From contig OZ024747.1 of NCBI GenBank assembly GCA_964016885.1, positions 89,094,001-89,158,000 on the forward strand: a stretch of DNA of 64,000 bases, written 5' to 3'. Origin of the DNA: Eledone cirrhosa. Taxonomy: Eukaryota. Each line of letters opens with the position of its first letter. The stretch's first letter is position 1. The position numbers were made by a program, and so were the translations under genes. Of this stretch, positions 1-13,689 are shown in pieces. The notes under the pieces are model-generated. The model saw only the letters and a list, made by a program, of their open reading frames with translations. It was not told where the DNA came from and ran no database searches.

Positions 1-185
1 CAAATAGGACGGACCCATGATTAAAAGCATTCCAGTGGTGACTTTCTCTTTTTTTTTAGTTAATGTATATCCTGTACCAAAACGTTCAGTATGGCCTTTA
101 AAAAATTAAAAAAAAGTCGATCGGGAGATTTGTCTACAATTTCCAGTAAGTCGACCGACCACACAAAGAATCTCTTGACATATGA
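1..185 (-). mobile_element. Diverged copy of SINE-like family D ((AAC)n tail)
   Basis: Reverse complement resembles the gtcgctcgacttgctagaaatagcagcc...cataggtc...ctaaacaacaa element at 37880-38062, 22320-22812 and 44015-44185. Confidence 0.55.
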
Positions 186-377
186 TTGTATGATTCAAAC
201 AAGTTATCAATTATTAATATAGTTATCTGCATAATGGCGACTATATTTACAAATTTCCAATTTCCCTTATGTTATATAGTTACTAATTTTTACGTTCTGA
301 GTTTTTTTTACGTTCTGTGTTGACGTTATTTTCCGTATATCAATATAATAAATACAGTTCAAATATTGGAGTCAATT

Positions 378-636
378 TTTATACCAACTCACCTGGAACG
401 GCTCCTGTTTCTCTGATACAAAACTGTCCGTTTTAAAATATTTATATATAAATGTTTTATATATAAAAACCTTTCAACGTAATTTTATCTGAGACCTTTT
501 TAATTTGTATTCCACAAACAAATTTAATAACGAAAATGTTATTTTACTAAATACCTCCAGATTTTCTGTTATTTCCAAAATCAACTGAAACACATAGGCT
601 GTGTAATTCATTAGAAATATGGTAACGAAAGAGGTA
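378..636 (+). mobile_element. Diverged piggyBac-like MITE, family 2
   Basis: Colinear similarity with 22390-22693 (accaa..cacctg.aac...ttagaaatatggtaacgaaagaggtaa). Confidence 0.55.
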
Positions 637-1003
637 ATTGATTATATCCCTCTCACAAAACTTGTAGCCCTTTGTCAGTGTTTAGAAATCAACTTTGTGT
701 ATACACAAGGTCAGGAGGACCTTTCAATTGTATCAAAGACATGACAACCTCCCTGTTGTTGGTGACTTACACAGTAAATGCACCCAGTACACTCTGTAAA
801 TTAGTTAGTAATAGGAAGAACATTTAGCCATAGAAAGGAGCCATCACAGTTCATTGTTATACAGGACATACAACAAACTTAGATACAAAATCATTTGTTG
901 ATAATACTATAATTATGTATATATTCCCATACAGAATAAGGAGAGTGACAATAGGGGTTTTACAAAATATCAAAAATATAAACCAAAACTTAATATAGAT
1001 AGG

Positions 1004-1200
1004 CCCAATCCACACTGTAAAGTGGGCATATAGGTGTCACGACAAACAGTGCCCAGTCCACATTGTAAAGTGGTCCTGTAGGTGTCACAACAAAAAGCAC
1101 CCAGTCTACACTGTAAAGTGGTCCTGTAGGTGTCACAATGAGGCAACTTGTCTAACCCATGTTGCATGAAGAAATGGATGTTAAACGGTGATGATGTTGA
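1004..1200 (+). mobile_element. RTE LINE 3' UTR fragment with three 48-bp units
   Basis: ccca.tc.aca.tgtaaagtgg units start at 1004, 1052 and 1100; tail gttaaacggtgatgatg resembles 60880-60937. Confidence 0.8.
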
Positions 1201-1664
1201 GGAGAGCATATGTGAGATTGATTATAAAAACTGCCAGGCTTTCTCTGCAGAGCTGTTCTGCTAGAGAATGGGTCACAGGTGGTGGATATTTATACAGCCA
1301 CTATCTATAATGGCTAGATGTGATAAAAGTGGACAGCTGCCAGATGAATAAGCAACCTCGGACCAACAGCAGTAAACTACAAGGGGAGATGGAGCAAAGG
1401 GTGACACCGGTAGCTCCCAAGAAAATTCTCTCAACCCAGTGATATATCAATGAGGCTTTAACCATTGAATAATTTAAAAATCTAGTGTCCATGATTTTAT
1501 TAGTACTTCCATGATTCTGTACAGTCACTGCAAGGCACATTAATAATATGTCCCTACTGCTATCATTCTTATTCTGAAGATGGGGCTGTGAAGTTCTTGA
1601 AACATTAATAGACTTGTGGATTTAGGAATGTTGTTGTTACAAACCAAACATAAAGAACTAATAA

Positions 1665-1956
1665 GGAAATATGGTATGGTCCTGTAACTCCTGATGGAAT
1701 TGTAGGGGCACCATAGTGATATACAGCATTTCATGGGTATTTTTGGCAGAACCCATCCCTTTCCAGGTCTAAACAGCAGATTTCTTCCAAAGAAGGATAA
1801 AAAGTGAGAGAGAGAGAGTGAGAGAATGAAGTATAGAGGAGGAATCAACCCCAGTACTAGACTTTTTTATAGACCTTGAATGGATGAAAGGCAAAGTTGA
1901 CCACAGATTTGAACTCTGAGAGTAGAGAGCCAGAACAAATACCACAAACCATTCTA
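1665..1956 (-). mobile_element. Nin-domain SINE with (CCATA)n tail, interrupted by a CR1 insertion
   Basis: Homologous to 4630-5100; contains gatgaaaggcaaagttgacc; sequence resumes at ~3077 after the CR1 tail. Confidence 0.7.
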
Positions 1957-2769
1957 TATGCAGATGACATCAAGCTGTACCTTGAAATCAAAAGGACTGA
2001 TCCTGAAATTTACAACTCTTTCCTACAATCAGACCTGGACACAATGCAACAATGGATCACAGACTGGCAACTGAAGCTGGCTGTGGACAAGTGTACCACC
2101 ATGCATTTTGGAAGGAAAAATCCAGCGTCCACATACTCCCTCCACAACACTGATATCAAAAAGTCCTCTTGTGAACGTGACCTGGGCATTACTGTCAGCA
2201 ACGATTTGCGTTGGACAAAGCATGTCTCTAAGATTGTCAAGAAGGCCGAGGGTGTCTTGGCATCACTCAGTAAGACCTTTGTTAGCCGCTCTCCAGCCAT
2301 TTATTTAAAACTGTATACAGCTATGGTACGACCACACTTGGAATTTGCATCATCAGTCTGGAACCCCTATCTTGCTCAGAACATTGACCTCCTGGAAACT
2401 GTTCAGAGACGTGCAACCAAGCGCATACCCTCCATCAGACACCTACCATACTCTGAACGCCTTGCTTCCCTGGGCATGGATTCATTGAAGCTCCGACGTC
2501 TGGCAATGGACTTGGTGAATACCCACAAAGTTTTTAACCATCTTGCCAATTGCAACCCTGAGCACCTCTTTGATCTCCATGTGTCTAACACACGTGGACA
2601 TGCCTACAAGATGAGAAAACAGCACAGCTCCCATGACTTTCGTAGACATTTTTTCACGCTCAGAGTTGCTGAAGCATGGAACAAACTGCCTGCATCAATT
2701 GTTAGCTGCCGAGACACTGCATCCTTTAAGACACTCATGCTTCCCGAAATACGCCAAAACTACACCTGA
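1954..2769 (+). CDS. 5'-truncated CR1/L2-group LINE ORF2 (RT C-terminal part)
   Basis: Open frame LYADDIKLY...KCTTMHFG...ERDLGI...LYTAMVRPHLEFASSVWNPY...NTRGH...FFTLRVAEAWNKLP, characteristic of CR1-clade RT; the first ~19 aa of the track ORF come from the host SINE. Confidence 0.93.
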   Translation, partial: LYADDIKLYLEIKRTDPEIYNSFLQSDLDTMQQWITDWQLKLAVDKCTTMHFGRKNPASTYSLHNTDIKKSSCERDLGITVSNDLRWTKHVSKIVKKAEGVLASLSKTFVSRSPAIYLKLYTAMVRPHLEFASSVWNPYLAQNIDLLETVQRRATKRIPSIRHLPYSERLASLGMDSLKLRRLAMDLVNTHKVFNHLANCNPEHLFDLHVSNTRGHAYKMRKQHSSHDFRRHFFTLRVAEAWNKLPASIVSCRDTASFKTLMLPEIRQNYT

Positions 2770-3078
2770 TGTACCCCTTCTATACACATGCACACATGTG
2801 TGTATCATGACTCGTGCACTGTTCATTTTACTGATGTTTGTGCATTGCCCTATGTACTGTACATGGACTTTTTTGATGAGTTGTGGTGCACCTGGGCACT
2901 GTACACAATATTTCATTATTGTTATTATTATATCATGACTCATACACTGTTTATTTTCCTGACATTTGTACATTATTCTATGTACTATACATGCACCTTT
3001 GATGAGTTGTAGTGCACCTGAGCACTGTACACAATAATTTCATTATTATTATTATTATTATTATTTTATTATTATTAT
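2770..3078 (+). mobile_element. CR1 3' UTR, tandemly duplicated, with (ATT)n tail
   Basis: Two copies of gatgagttgt.gtgcacctg.gcactgtacacaata..ttcattatt ending at ~2930 and ~3078. Confidence 0.85.
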
Positions 3079-3156
3079 CTGACGTTCTAACAAATCTGCC
3101 ATTTGCTTTAAGGAAATATTAAAGCCTTTAATAAAAAAAATCAAACTTGAGTAAAA

Positions 3157-3498
3157 GGGTAAAGACCCCCTTCAGCCACGAATGACCATGGGATTTGCAT
3201 GTAGAAAGTTCCCCTCTGTGGCATAAGTCTGAGCAAGGTTGTTTGTGGAAGACCAACAGTCACCCATACATACCAGTCCCCCCTCTCCTCACTATCGATG
3301 TTGTTCAAGGGAAAGGCAATGACCGATACAGCTTGGCACCAGTGACGTCACAACTCATTTCTACAGCTGAGTGAACTGGAGCAACGTGAAATAAAGTGTA
3401 TTGGTGAAGAACACAACACAAAGCCCGATCCAAGAATCAAACTGACAACCTCATCATTCTAAGCCCAATGCGCTAACCACTAAACCATGCGCCTTCAC
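3157..3498 (-). mobile_element. tRNA-derived SINE family C, near full length
   Basis: Minus strand starts gtgaaggcgcatggtttagtggttagcg (A-box-like); central cactttatttcacgttgctccagttcactcagctg; related parts at 19337-19555, 32583-32670 and 59066-59210. Confidence 0.75.
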
Positions 3499-4007
3499 TT
3501 GAGTATTTTATGTCATTAATGCAACACACACACACACATACACGCACACACACAAACACACACACACACATACATATTATTCTGCTGCAATGGTGCAGTG
3601 TTTATTACAGTTTGGAGGTGTACTCACAGCTTGTCGGAAGTGTTGTACCTAATAAGATATATTGAACATAAAAGGTAACAGGTGCCCGGTCTGCTTAACA
3701 CCAAAATAATTGCCATTTACCAAATAACACCCTAAATTAAATTTTTATAATGAAATTCAAATCATTTACTTTTTTATCTAAAAATTTATGATTTATAATT
3801 TTCCTCTGTACTGTACCACCTGAGAAGACAAGGTAAGCTGTACTTTCACAGAAAAAAAACAACAACCTATAAATATTAATTATTAAATAAAATATTAAAG
3901 GATTTCCAGTTTATTATAAATTTTGCAATATTTTCTGTGCCTATTCCTTTTTTTCATGTAGCTACCACTTACTTTCTGCTGCCACCACAGTACTGATCAA
4001 AATGTTT

Positions 4008-4138
<131 letters not shown>

Positions 4139-4189
4139 CTTCCCTTTCACTTGTACTTAAAATTGCATCGTTATTATTTCTTACTGAAG

Positions 4190-4530
4190 TAAGGCAGTGG
4201 GTTGACAGTATTGTTAGAGCATCAGTATTTAGTTACAACTATCACATTTCTGAGTTCAATCCTGTCAACTTTTCCTTTTATCCTCACAGGATTAATAATG
4301 ATGATAGTGAAAATTATTATGTACAGTGCTCAGGCGCACTACAACTCATCAAATGTGCATGTATAATGTATAGTACACAGAATAATGTAAAAATGTCAGG
4401 AAAGTGAACAGTGTATGCTATACATGCATGTGTATGATAAAATAAAGTACCAGTAAAGTACTAGAATTGTTATAATCAACTGTGTTCTTCCCCCAAATTG
4501 TTGGCCTTGTGTAAATATTAGAAAGAAATA
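4190..4530 (+). mobile_element. Nin-domain SINE containing an antisense CR1 3' end (~4293-4436)
   Basis: SINE head and gataaaataaagtaccag flank a segment that is the reverse complement of ~2940-3060. Confidence 0.75.
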
Positions 4531-4629
4531 TTTCTTATTCAAGTATTTTGGCTCTTTGTGATCTAAGTCCAAACCATGCTATGACCTACTTCGGTTGGAG
4601 ACTTAATCTGACACCCCATTTAACATATC

Positions 4630-5100
4630 CAACTGGCACTTGGGGGCAATGGAATGGTATGGTATGGTGTGGTGTGGTGTGGTGTGGTATTGTGGTGTGG
4701 TGTAAAATGGTATGGTATAGTATGATATGATATGGTATGGTATAGTATGGTATGGTATGATATGAACCTGTAACTCCTGAGGGAGTCGTAGAGGTGCCAT
4801 ATTGATATACAGCATTTCTAGGGCATTTTTTTAAAACCAGGCAGAGCCCATTTCTTCTCCAGGTCTGAATACAGCAGATTTCTTCCAGAGAAGGATAGAG
4901 AGAGTGAGAGAAAGGAAGTGAGAAAGAAATATAGAGGAAGAATCGACCCCAGTTCTCGACTGGAACTTTTTTTATCGATCATGAATGGATGACAGGTAAA
5001 GTTGACCATGGCGGGATTTGAAATCAGAAAACAGAGAGCCAAAATGAATACTACAAAGCATTCTATCCGACATTCTTATAACTCAGCCAATTCACTGGCT
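4630..5100 (-). mobile_element. Nin-domain SINE with expanded (CCATA)n tail
   Basis: (TGGTA/TGGTG)n at 4630-4765 followed by sequence homologous to 1680-1956. Confidence 0.7.
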
Positions 5101-5284
5101 TTGGGTGCAATAAAAGCAACTATTTTAATATTACTATCAGGAATGGTATTCTTTCTCAAACATTCCCCCCCCCCCCCCCCTGACAAAAATAAAAAAAAAA
5201 AGAAGAAAGAAAATTACTTCAGATTTAAACAATTTTACTAAAAGAAATTCATCAATAATGTATTTTTACTGGAGCTGCAGTATT

Positions 5285-5535
5285 TTAAATAGGCCACTAG
5301 AATATTAAAACCTCTAAACCTTGACCCATCAAGCTGAATAGAAAACTTACACACTTTTGAAGTCCTGAATTTATCATCTTTTCAACATCTACAGTAACAT
5401 TAATACATTTTACTGCATAGTTACTTAGATGAATATAATCTTAAGAATAGGTTCAGAGTCCTTCTTTATTACAGTTTCTATGACTTCCTTTACAACTGGC
5501 AAAATAATATCCTCTCCAATTATATGTAGCATTCC
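5285..5535 (-). pseudogene. Decayed hAT (Buster/Charlie, ZBED5-like) transposase fragment
   Basis: Manual minus-strand translation HIIGEDIILPVVKEVIETVIKK...LSNYAV...KFSIQLDGS, with frameshifts, resembles the HTIGEELILPA...LSNNTV...FSIQLDES region of Buster transposases. Confidence 0.75.
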
Positions 5536-5590
5536 TTTTTTTTTTATATGATAAAGAATATATAATAAGAGGTCTTCATTTCCTCTTGAA

Positions 5591-5902
5591 CCCTTTAGCA
5601 TTTACATTACCCTATATTTACTATTATATTTTCATGGTAAAGGCTATATCTCACATAATATTGAATCTATGAGATTATGATGATGTTATTATTTATTTTG
5701 AGAACAATACCTTTACATCAGTATAAGTGGCCAGTTACAGCTGGTTTGGACAGAAAGACGTGAGAGAATTCTGGCTGGATATGGCCAGTTTAACCCTTCA
5801 GCATTTAAACCGGCCATATCTGCCAAGAACTGTCTCACCTCTCTTTATTTAAAGTGGCTGTAACTGGCCATTCATACTGACGTTAAGGTATTGTTCTCAA
5901 AA
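5591..5902. mobile_element. Two piggyBac-like family 1 MITE copies, back to back (5591-5793 and 5794-5902)
   Basis: ccctttagcattta-type termini; the second copy starts right after TTAA 5790-5793 in the opposite orientation. Confidence 0.8.
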
Positions 5903-5951
5903 GAAGAAGAAGAAGGAACTAATGGCTAGAAACAGCAAATAAACCAAAATA

Positions 5952-6300
5952 TGTTAAAGAAAATAATTGTTTCTACTTTTGGCACAAGGCCAGCAATAAC
6001 CCAGTGCATTACTGGTACTTTATTTTATCGACCCCATAAGGATGAAAGGCAAAGTTAACCTCGGCAGGATTTGAACTCAGACCATAAAGGGACGTAACTA
6101 TGCTTTTACAGTCTGTTAAAGAAAATAATTGTTTCTACTTTTGGCACAAGGCCAGCAATAACCCAGTGCATTACTGGTACTTTATTTTATCGACCCCATA
6201 AGGACGAAAGGCAAAGTTAACCTCGGCGGGATTTGAACTCAGAATCGCAAGGGCCGTAACTCTATGTGTCAAAGCATGATGTCCGACAATCTACTGATAC
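5952..6300 (-). mobile_element. Nin-domain SINE family A, tandemly duplicated
   Basis: Near-identical units begin tgttaaagaaaataattgtttctac at 5952 and 6114. Confidence 0.85.
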
Positions 6301-6579
6301 TCTTTAATACAATTGTCTTATGTGGAACCAAAGAACCAAAGAAGTTAAAAGTAGTTTAGAAAGTAACAAATCTAACTTATGGCAACCAAACCAACATTGT
6401 CATAAACCCCATGTCTGGGGTGGGGTGGTGGTGGCTTCAGAACATTCTGGGTGAGGACTTTATTAATTCACAATAATTCTAAGGTGGAGTTTTGGAATAA
6501 GCGTATCAATGTAAATTGTGAAAATCTGAGGGTGCTACATAAAACAATAAGTGTATGTGGGGTGGGGGAAGTCATCCAG

Positions 6580-8440
6580 TGCACCGCCACCACCTCCATC
6601 ACGACGATGATGACAATGACGACCACCACCACCTCGACAACCATCACCACGACTACCACCACTATCCCCACCACCACCACCACCACCACGACTACGACCA
6701 CTATGACCACCACCAGCCCTACCATCCTCACGACCACCACCATCCCCACGACGACGATGACAACCACCACCACCACCACCGCCGCCGCCACTACCATCCC
6801 CACTGCCACCAACACCACCACTACCATCCCCATTCCCACTGCCACAACCATTACTACCACCACCACCACTACCACCACTACCATCCCCACCACCACCACC
6901 ATTACTACCACCACCACCACTACCATCCCCACCGCCACCACCATTACTACCACCACCACCACTACCATCCCCACCACCACCACCATCACTACCACCACCA
7001 CCACCACCACCGCCACCACCATTACCACCACCACCACCACTACCATCCCACCGCCACCACCATCACTACCACCGCCACCGCCACCACCACCACTACCATC
7101 CCCACCGCCACCACCATCACTACCACCGCCACCGCCACCACCACCACTACCATCCCCACCGCCACCACCATCACTACCACCACCACCACGACCATTACCA
7201 CCACCGCCACTACCACCATTACCACCACCACCACCACTACCATCCCACCGCCACCACCATCACTACCACCGCCACCACCACCACTACCATCCCCACCGCC
7301 ACCACCATCACTACCACCACCACCACCACCACTACCATCCCCACCACCACCACTACCATCCCCACCGCCACCACCATCACTACCACCACCACCACCACCA
7401 CTACCATCCCCACCACCACCACCACCACTACCATCCCCACCACCACCACCACCACCACCACTACCATCCCCACCGCCACCACCACTACCATCCCCACCGC
7501 CACCACCACTACCATCCCCCACCGCCACCACCATTATTACTACCACCACCGCCACCACCACCACCACCATCACTACCACCACCACTGCCACCACTGCCAC
7601 TATCATCCCCACCACCATTACTACCACCACCACCACCACTACCATCCCCACCGCCACCACCATTACCACCACCACTACCATCCCCCACCGCCACCACCAC
7701 CACTACCATCCCCACTGCCACCACCATTACTACCACCACCACCACCACCACTACCACCACCACCACCACCACTATCATCCACACCACCACCACCATCACA
7801 ACCACCACCACCACCACCACCAGCACTACCATCCCCACCGCCACCACCATTACTACCACCACCACTACTACCATCCCCACCGCCACCACCATTACCACCA
7901 CTACCATCTCCCACCACCACCACCACCACTACCATCCCCCACCGCCACCACCATTACTACCACCACCACCACCACCACTATCATCCCCACCGCCACCACC
8001 ATCACTACCACCACCACCGCCACCACCACCACTACCATCCCCACCGCCACCACCACCGCCATCACCACCACTACCATCCCCACCGCCACCACCATTACTA
8101 CCACCACCACCGCCATCACCACCACTACCATCCCCACCGCCACCACCATTACTACCACCACCACCACCATCACCACCACCACCACCATTACTACCACCGC
8201 CACCACCATTACTACCACCACCACCGCCACCACTACCATCCCCACCGCCAACACCATTACTACCACCACCACCACCACCATCACCACCACCACCATTACT
8301 ACCACCACCACCGCCACCACTACCATCCCCACCGCCAACACCATTACTACCACCACCACCACCACCATCACCACCACCACCATTACTACCACCGCCACCA
8401 CCATTACTACCACCACCACCGCCACCACCACTACCATTCC
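6580..8440. repeat. Degenerate (ACC)n satellite with higher-order unit actaccatccccaccgccaccaccatt
   Basis: Directly visible; gives poly-T/P/H ORFs in all frames. Confidence 0.95.
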
Positions 8441-8543
8441 ATCTCGCGATGGGTCTGTGAGAAAGGTTAAATATAAATGTAAAATTGTGAGAATTATGAA
8501 ATGTAGAGATTGGCCTGGATAACCTCAGATAAAAAAAATAAAA

Positions 8544-8587
<44 letters not shown>

Positions 8588-8603
8588 TAGATGTATATAT
8601 ATA

Positions 8604-9060
8604 TCATCATCATCATCATCATCAACGTTTAACGTCCGTGTTCCACGCTTGCATGGGTTTGGACGGGGGTATTCCCACTTGAGGCAAGAGTGATTGTCTT
8701 GCTCGCATAGGACTGTCTGGCAGGTTTTCTACAGCTGGATGCCCTTCCTAACACCAACCACATTTACAGTGTGGGACTGGGAGGTTTTTACCGTGTTGCC
8801 TACACGGCCACATTTACAGCGTGGACTGTCTGGCGGGTTTTCTACAGCTGGATGCCCTTCCTAACACCAACCACATTTACAGTGTGGGGCTGGGAGGTGT
8901 TTACCGTGTTGCCTACACGGCCACATTACAGCGTGGACTGTGTTTTTGTCGTGACACCTACACGACCTCATTTGTTTCGGCCTGGATGGTGTGGCACCAA
9001 CATAACTTTACATAGAAGGGGCGGTGTAGGTGGGGTGGGGGTGGTGGGACGGGGGTGAAT
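8604..9060 (-). mobile_element. RTE-related 3' end with internal tandem duplication, between (TA)n runs
   Basis: (ATC)n tail then aacgtttaacgtcc...tttctacagctggatgcccttcctaacaccaac (twice). Confidence 0.75.
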
Positions 9061-9082
9061 TTTGTTAGAGATATATATATAT

Positions 9083-9270
9083 ATAGGAAAAGAGTCAGGA
9101 CCCCAATGGCTGAGCTCCAGCCATTTTGATAGCTAGATTCGAACTGTCGAAACGGCTGCCGCTCAGCCATCGGAGTCCGGACTCTTTTCCTATTACCCAC
9201 TCTACTAACCTAAGTATCGAGTACTCTGGTGCGTTATGGTCCACCTGGTATCTTACCACACTTTCTTTGT
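9083..9270 (+). mobile_element. Short Penelope-like insertion with inverted end
   Basis: Arms 9083-9115 and 9161-9193 are inverted repeats; GAAAC stem III remnant at 9149; (TA)n on both sides. Confidence 0.55.
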
Positions 9271-9313
9271 TATATATATATGTATATATATATAGTTAAT
9301 TATGTGTAAACTC

Positions 9314-9401
9314 TCATATCAGAAGAAATGTTGATTAATAGACCAGATCTGATCGCATGACCAAACCCGAGCTGATCGATATAGAAACATTTGTAATATG
9401 A
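9314..9401 (+). ncRNA. Type I hammerhead ribozyme-like motif (core U4>A)
   Basis: tcatat-CAGAAGA-stem II (atgttgat/atcgatat)-GAAA-ca tt tg-TA-atatga; stem I is a perfect 6 bp. Confidence 0.6.
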
Positions 9402-9588
9402 AATAAAGTTTACAAAAAGCTGCAACCAGAAATTTATAAATTTATAAATTTATAAATATATAATAAATTGAAGTGAAAGCAATGGTGCGTGTGTTTCTTA
9501 TTGGCAACATGACCCTCCCAAAGTATAACAATATCGGTTTCAACACACGTTTTCAGATAAAGAATCTTGCTAAACAAATTCAGAAACG

Positions 9589-10290
<702 letters not shown>

Positions 10291-10517
10291 ATATAAATTC
10301 AGCGAGAATCGCATTTCGGCGGGGGGTAGAAAAAGCGAAACGTAGCGCAATAATCAGAAATATGGTGGCAAGCGCTCAATAGTTAAAAAGCAGAGCTAAA
10401 CAATATGTTAAAACGCCATACAAAACTGAAAAAGTGGTCAAGAAAGCATCAACCACCTAAGCCAAATCAAATCAAATCAAATCAAGCTAAACAGGTCAAA
10501 ACAAAATAAATGGTAAA

Positions 10518-10573
<56 letters not shown>

Positions 10574-12917
10574 ACATTTATAAATATGCTGATGTTATAT
10601 ATATATATATCTTGATGGATAGATGGTATGTGTATACCAATACAGAATGGTTATTTGGTAATAATTATAATATATATTATATGGTGATTCCAAGCTAAAT
10701 AATTATAGGTCCCTACAATATGAAATAGTGCAACATGTGTACATATGGGAAATATGTAGGCTAAGAAAACTGTCAAGCTTTTTAGTTTTGTAGCAAAGAT
10801 GCCAAATGTTTCAGGTTAAGAATAGTATGAATTATATTACATATTTTATTTATTAGGTTATATGTAGGTGTTACCCCCAAGGACAAGCAATTCAGCACTA
10901 TATTTTTATCATTCCCAAAAAACAAGCATGAGTCACAAGAGTAGGAGTAAGAGGGATGTAGATGGTGGGGTTACTGGTAGATTTGTAAATAATGAAGTTG
11001 TTAGAAAACTGTTTGAATCTCTAGAAGTTGGAGTTTGAAGCAGAACAAAAGACTATTGAAGCTGTATTGTTATTGAGGCAGAAATATCTCATTTGAAGAC
11101 TTACAGAAGGCATTTTCATATGCTGTAGTATGAACCAGGTTTAAAGATGTTAGGAATTATGTCATCTTTAATAAATATACTCAATGAGAAAGTCTTAGAT
11201 TAGTTTGGCATACACCAAAGTATATGAGATACAAATTTAATATTGTGAAAGCATTATGATCAATTTGTGTCCCATATATTAAATAGCATCGCCAGAAGAT
11301 TATATAGCTGTGTTGCTGCATTTTCTATACACTAAGTAAATTGAGATTGCAACCAAGGAAACTTTGCTACACATAAATTGATGAATCATTTTGAGTAGGT
11401 ATGTTCTATTACTTTTGCACAATCTATGTGAGAGAACTGATAATCAGTTTATTTGATGTTATTGTTAAAAGACTTTCATCTAAAGTTGGTAGAAAAGGAA
11501 TTCTTTCTTCACTCAAAATCTTGGTTTAAAAATCTGATAGTGTGATATTAGTAGTCTTTAGAGATACTATGAAACTGTTATAAAGTCTGGCTTAGCTATT
11601 TTTCCATTGAATACCTGATTAATTCAACCATATTATTTTTTTTTTTCTGATGTTCGATGTTTGCATTAAGTTTCTGCTATTGCAACAAATAAGCTGGTCT
11701 TTATTCTTCCTTCTCTTAGACACCCCTTCCTTATCTTTAAACTGTTATATATTACTCTGGAGCCACTGAGAGAGCCTCTAAGTCAGTGGTTCTAAAATGA
11801 TATGTTGCTATACACTGGAGTACTGCTGCAATAGCTATGTAAATGTACTAATGCTTGAGTATATACAGTGCCAGGTTTAGGACAAATGAAACCATGTGCT
11901 AATTAAGTTATGAGGCCCCTTACTTAGGCCCTGAAGGAGGTTATTCATCGTAACCATTTTTGGGGGGCAGGAAGATGGGCTCTTCCTGGACAACGGGGCC
12001 CTGTGTTTAAGCACAATGATAAATCCAGCATTTAGTATAATTAATAAAATAAGCCTGACACATAATGAAATGCACCCAGTAGATTCTGTAAAATGGTTGG
12101 TGATATAAAGGGCATACAGCCGTAGAAAACTTTACAAACAAAGGATCAAAAGGACTCTTCAGCTGTGTCAAGGACACAACAACCTCTCTAGTGTTGGTGA
12201 CATTATAAAACACACTCAGTTCATACTTTAAAGTGGTTGGTGATAGGAAGGGTATCCAACCCTAGAAAACCTACTAAGCAAAAGGTCAAAAGGACTCTTC
12301 AGTTGTGTCAAAGACAAGAGAGCCCCCGTAGTGCTGGTGCCATGATAAAATGCACCTAATGTACCCTATAGAGTATGGGGAACGTATGTGAGTGAGATAC
12401 ACCTACCACCTCATCTGAGGGGACAGTAGCTTCAATTAAATACTAACTTGGTCTGCCATGTTAAATGATGATAGATGATGATGATGAAACTTAAGTAGTA
12501 GGCTTGATATGGGTCTAAACAACAACACTGATTCCAGTTGTAACCATTCCATCTATTTGTATATTCATGCTTACATTGTTGAGTGACAGAGACTGCCTTT
12601 ACCTAAAATGTAAAGAGAGAGACAGAGGCTTAATATCAGTCCAGTCCAAACAGCATTTGAATGATAGAAAGGGGGAGGGGAGATAGATAGATAGAGAGAT
12701 AGAGAAAGGGAGGGAGGGAGAGAGAGAGTGAGATGGAGAAAGAGAGGGCGGGAGAGAGAGTGTGTGTGAAAGACAGAAAGTGATAAAAGAGAGAAATAGA
12801 CTGGTACTTTATTTATCTACCTCGAAAAGATGAAAGGCAAAGTTGACTTCAGTGGGGATTTGAACTTAGGACGACACAATGAACCAGATCAAACATTAAG
12901 CCATTATTAATCTGATA

Positions 12918-13110
12918 GGGCGGTGGATTGGCAGTATCGGTAGAGCGTCGGACGCCATGCTTTGCAGCATAGAGTTACGCCCCTTTATGGCCTGTGTTCA
13001 AATCCCACCGAGGTTAACTTTGCCTTTCATCCTTACGGCATCGATAAAATAAAGTACCAGTAATGCGCTGGAGTAATAGCTGGCCTTGTGTCAAAAGTAG
13101 AAACAATTAT
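12918..13110 (+). mobile_element. Young full-length Nin-domain tRNA-derived SINE with TSD, inserted in an older antisense SINE
   Basis: A box tggcagtatcgg (12929), B box gttcaaatcc (12996), Nin-like gcctttcatcc...gataaaataaagtaccag; TSD attattaat(c/t)tga at 12903-12915 and 13106-13118. Confidence 0.88.
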
Positions 13111-13568
13111 TAATTTGACATGCTAATAATTTGCCACTTTGATGTCTTCATAACTACACCTACAATAAAAAAGAAAGAGAAAGACAAAGGAAAAAAACTA
13201 CACAGCAGGGTTTTTAAAAAGAATGTGGGCAGGCATCTTGGCAAGCCAACTAGCTGCTTTAGTTAGGTCAGTGGAATACAGAGAATATGTTTGTATTTTC
13301 TTGGAGCATGTAAGAAATCAGGTGTTTCTGCAAGTCATCATATCACAGCTGGAAAAGCTCTTTTATGAAGCAAATACTGGAAACTTGTTTCAAATATTAC
13401 CCATTGTTCAGGTAAGTAGTATAAAGTAGGTTAGAGTAGAGTGCTCTGCCTTGCCTAAGGCAAAAGCACATCTGAAACATATACCTGAAACATTGGTTTC
13501 GACTCTAATCCATAACATATCTATCTATCTGTCTGTCTATCTATTTATTTATCTATCTATCTATCTGT

Positions 13569-13636
<68 letters not shown>

Positions 13637-13689
13637 CAAATAGTGAAAACAATGAAATTAAACAAAATACGGGTAATTCATAGTAAAAT

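Noticed and set aside
1565-1612. CTGAAGA...GAAACATT hammerhead-like remnant; similar at 10295-10352, 20281-20330 and 35735-35765
   Set aside because: Stems I/III or the core are too degenerate to distinguish from chance without a family consensus
6451-8522. 669/655-aa Thr/Pro/His-rich ORFs resembling mucin or extensin
   Set aside because: (ACC)n satellite lacks stops in all frames and drifts between frames; no signal peptide or splice support
11020-11300. Very decayed LINE RT (KTIEAVLLLRQ...FEDLQKAF)
   Set aside because: Plausible, but boundaries and family cannot be supported by eye
11866-12032. Possible small MITE (cagtgccaggttta...taaatccagcatt)
   Set aside because: TIR match is weak and no TSD is evident
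12918-13010. tRNA gene (A and B boxes)
   Set aside because: Continues into SINE core and tail, has a TSD and no poly-T terminator; the same applies to 59066-59140
13223-13429. 68-aa ORF ending near CAG|GTAAGT
   Set aside because: No recognisable homology and no clear acceptor
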